This document shows positions 62,590 to 64,000 of a stretch of DNA of 64,000 nt, one piece after another (position 1 is the stretch's first letter; each line of letters begins with the position of its first letter). The stretch is from NCBI GenBank assembly GCA_950097015.1, contig CATNEN010000001.1:14136001-14200000 (forward strand), written 5' to 3'. The position numbers and the translations under genes are program-made. The notes under the pieces were generated by a model, which had not been told where the DNA came from, searched no databases, and worked only from the letters and a program-made list of their open reading frames with translations. Source of the DNA: Macrostomum hystrix (Eukaryota > Animalia > Platyhelminthes).

Positions 62590-63501
62590 GGTACATGGAT
62601 TAGGGGTAGAAGCTTGGCAGGCGCAGTAAGGGAAGTGTTTAGTGAGTTAACAGGCCTGAAGTTAATGGAGCATCAAGTGGCTATTATTTTTATAACAGTT
62701 TGGTTAGGGGTTTTGGTGGCCGAGGCGCCAGCCAATAGGAAGGCTCGGGAAGGTTGTGGGGAATTCCATGAGTAAGGGGACCATAGCTATAGTTTGGTTA
62801 TTGGGGCCTTGACTTTTTCGGCGAAGAGATACCACAGCCGGCAACAGCGTAACTGGGCGGCCTGAGCAGCGGTTTTCTCCAGCTGCGACCAGCTACAGCG
62901 CCGACTGGACCGCGCGCAACGGCTCGGCAACCGGCCCGGCGAACATTGTCGGGCACGGCCAGCTGTGAAACACCTGGGGCGCGCGGCAAATCAGAGGCTA
63001 CCAATGCCCGGCAGCAGGATCGGTGAGGACGCGAATGGGCCAACCAACCTGGAACCACCTGGTGAGAGCACGGCCGGACCCCTCGGACTCAAGGAAAGAC
63101 GGCCGGAGCCTCCCAGGATTGCGCAACCGAGACCAAGCCGGGCAGGAGAAGATGGGCACAGCTGCAACCACCTGGAGAAGAAGGCGAGCCGGGACAAGGC
63201 ACACCCCTGGGCATCGAGGAACTCTATTCGCCGCGGCTGGAATGCGCACCCACCCCCCATAGGACGCTATACCGCAATCACTAGGGGCGCCGACCATTTT
63301 ATACTCACGCACCAATCTATTTATAGTATCCGTACGTAAGTACGCATTAGGATTTCCTCTCTAGCGGAATTCTTCTTAGGGTTCTGTACCGTATGTTGTA
63401 GGTAATTATTATTTTTTTTATCCCCATTGATTCTCGAGACACCCCGCTACTTCTGTCAGTAGGCACGTAAGTGTCTTACGTGAAAGTGAGCGAAGGTGGA
63501 G

Positions 63502-64000
63502 TGATGTGGAGTGTGCTGCGGGAATCGAGTGGGACTGTGAGCCAACATAATTTTTCAAATTTTTAAGTGTCTAATAATTTGGACCCACATAGCAGCTGGC
63601 CGCAAACACGATCATTAATCTTAGGGCCGGGTTTGGGGCGGCGGTGAATTAAGTAGCCGTCGAATCCCTTCTCCCTGGATCTGTCTAGACCCCTGTAGGA
63701 ATGACTGATCGTGGCCATAGCTTTTATTGTATGAGTAGTTTAGGTCATAATTCTCCTCCAAACCGCGATCAGATATAGGCGTTATGAGTGATCATTAATT
63801 CTTCATGTCCCCTCTTCTTTACAGTATTCGAGCCCAGCTCGACTTTATGACCTCCCTCCTTTAGATACATGTAAATGTCACTGTAGGCAGGTCGGCGCCT
63901 GCGCTTCCCATTGTCCCGGCGGAGTAACAATCGCTGGCTGACTGCCGACGGCTGTTCGCGCAGAACATCTGTCGTTTCCCGCCGCCGGTTCATTGGGCAA
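63502..64000 (+). repeat. 3' LTR (runs off the window)
   Basis: TGATGTGGAGTGTGCTGCGGG…, nearly identical to 56815 onward. Confidence 0.92.

Larger units (their letters stand above)
56815..64000 (+). mobile_element. Non-autonomous Ty3/gypsy-like LTR retrotransposon (gag-pro, no RT/RNase H/integrase) with extra genes
   Basis: Direct LTRs start TG at 56815 and 63502; purine-rich PPT-like GAAAGTGAGCGAAGGTGGAG precedes the 3' LTR. Inserted into a repeat whose empty copy reads tagatttgagcaca|gtttatc at ~40923. Confidence 0.88.

Overview
Eukaryotic, intron-containing DNA, most likely from an invertebrate animal (the organism cannot be fixed from the sequence). It is almost entirely a nest of transposable elements, their cargo genes and local duplications, with no housekeeping genes. 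From left to right: (1) the right end of an EnSpm/CMC-type element; (2) a three-exon zinc-finger plus tyrosine-recombinase (Crypton-like) gene flanked by repeat arrays; (3) a broken pogo/DDE_1 transposase spliced to an OTU deubiquitinase domain; (4) an EnSpm fragment with a DUF4806/BEN-like gene; (5) a KDZ (Kyakuja-Dileera-Zisupton) transposase, a second zinc-finger gene start and a frameshifted piggyBac transposase; (6) a partly duplicated block (~29.3-41.6 kb versus ~51.7-56.8 kb) with KMT5A/SETD8-like SET genes and three copies of an unknown polyQ/'WWK-GAGAATNFTPP' microprotein, plus an ETS fragment and an atypical HES bHLH gene in the first copy only; (7) a 5'-truncated RNase H-containing LINE; (8) an EnSpm/CMC element with an intact transposase and a divergent four-exon DUF4806 gene; (9) a Ty3/gypsy-like LTR element. 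The LTR element is the most unusual feature. It encodes Gag and a -1-frameshifted protease but no RT, RNase H or integrase. In their place it carries an orphan sense ORF and an antisense, intron-containing gene with its own CCAAT, TATA and polyA signals, predicted to encode an 83-aa tail-anchored protein that is absent from the ORF track. All family assignments are from motif recognition by eye; no database searches were run.
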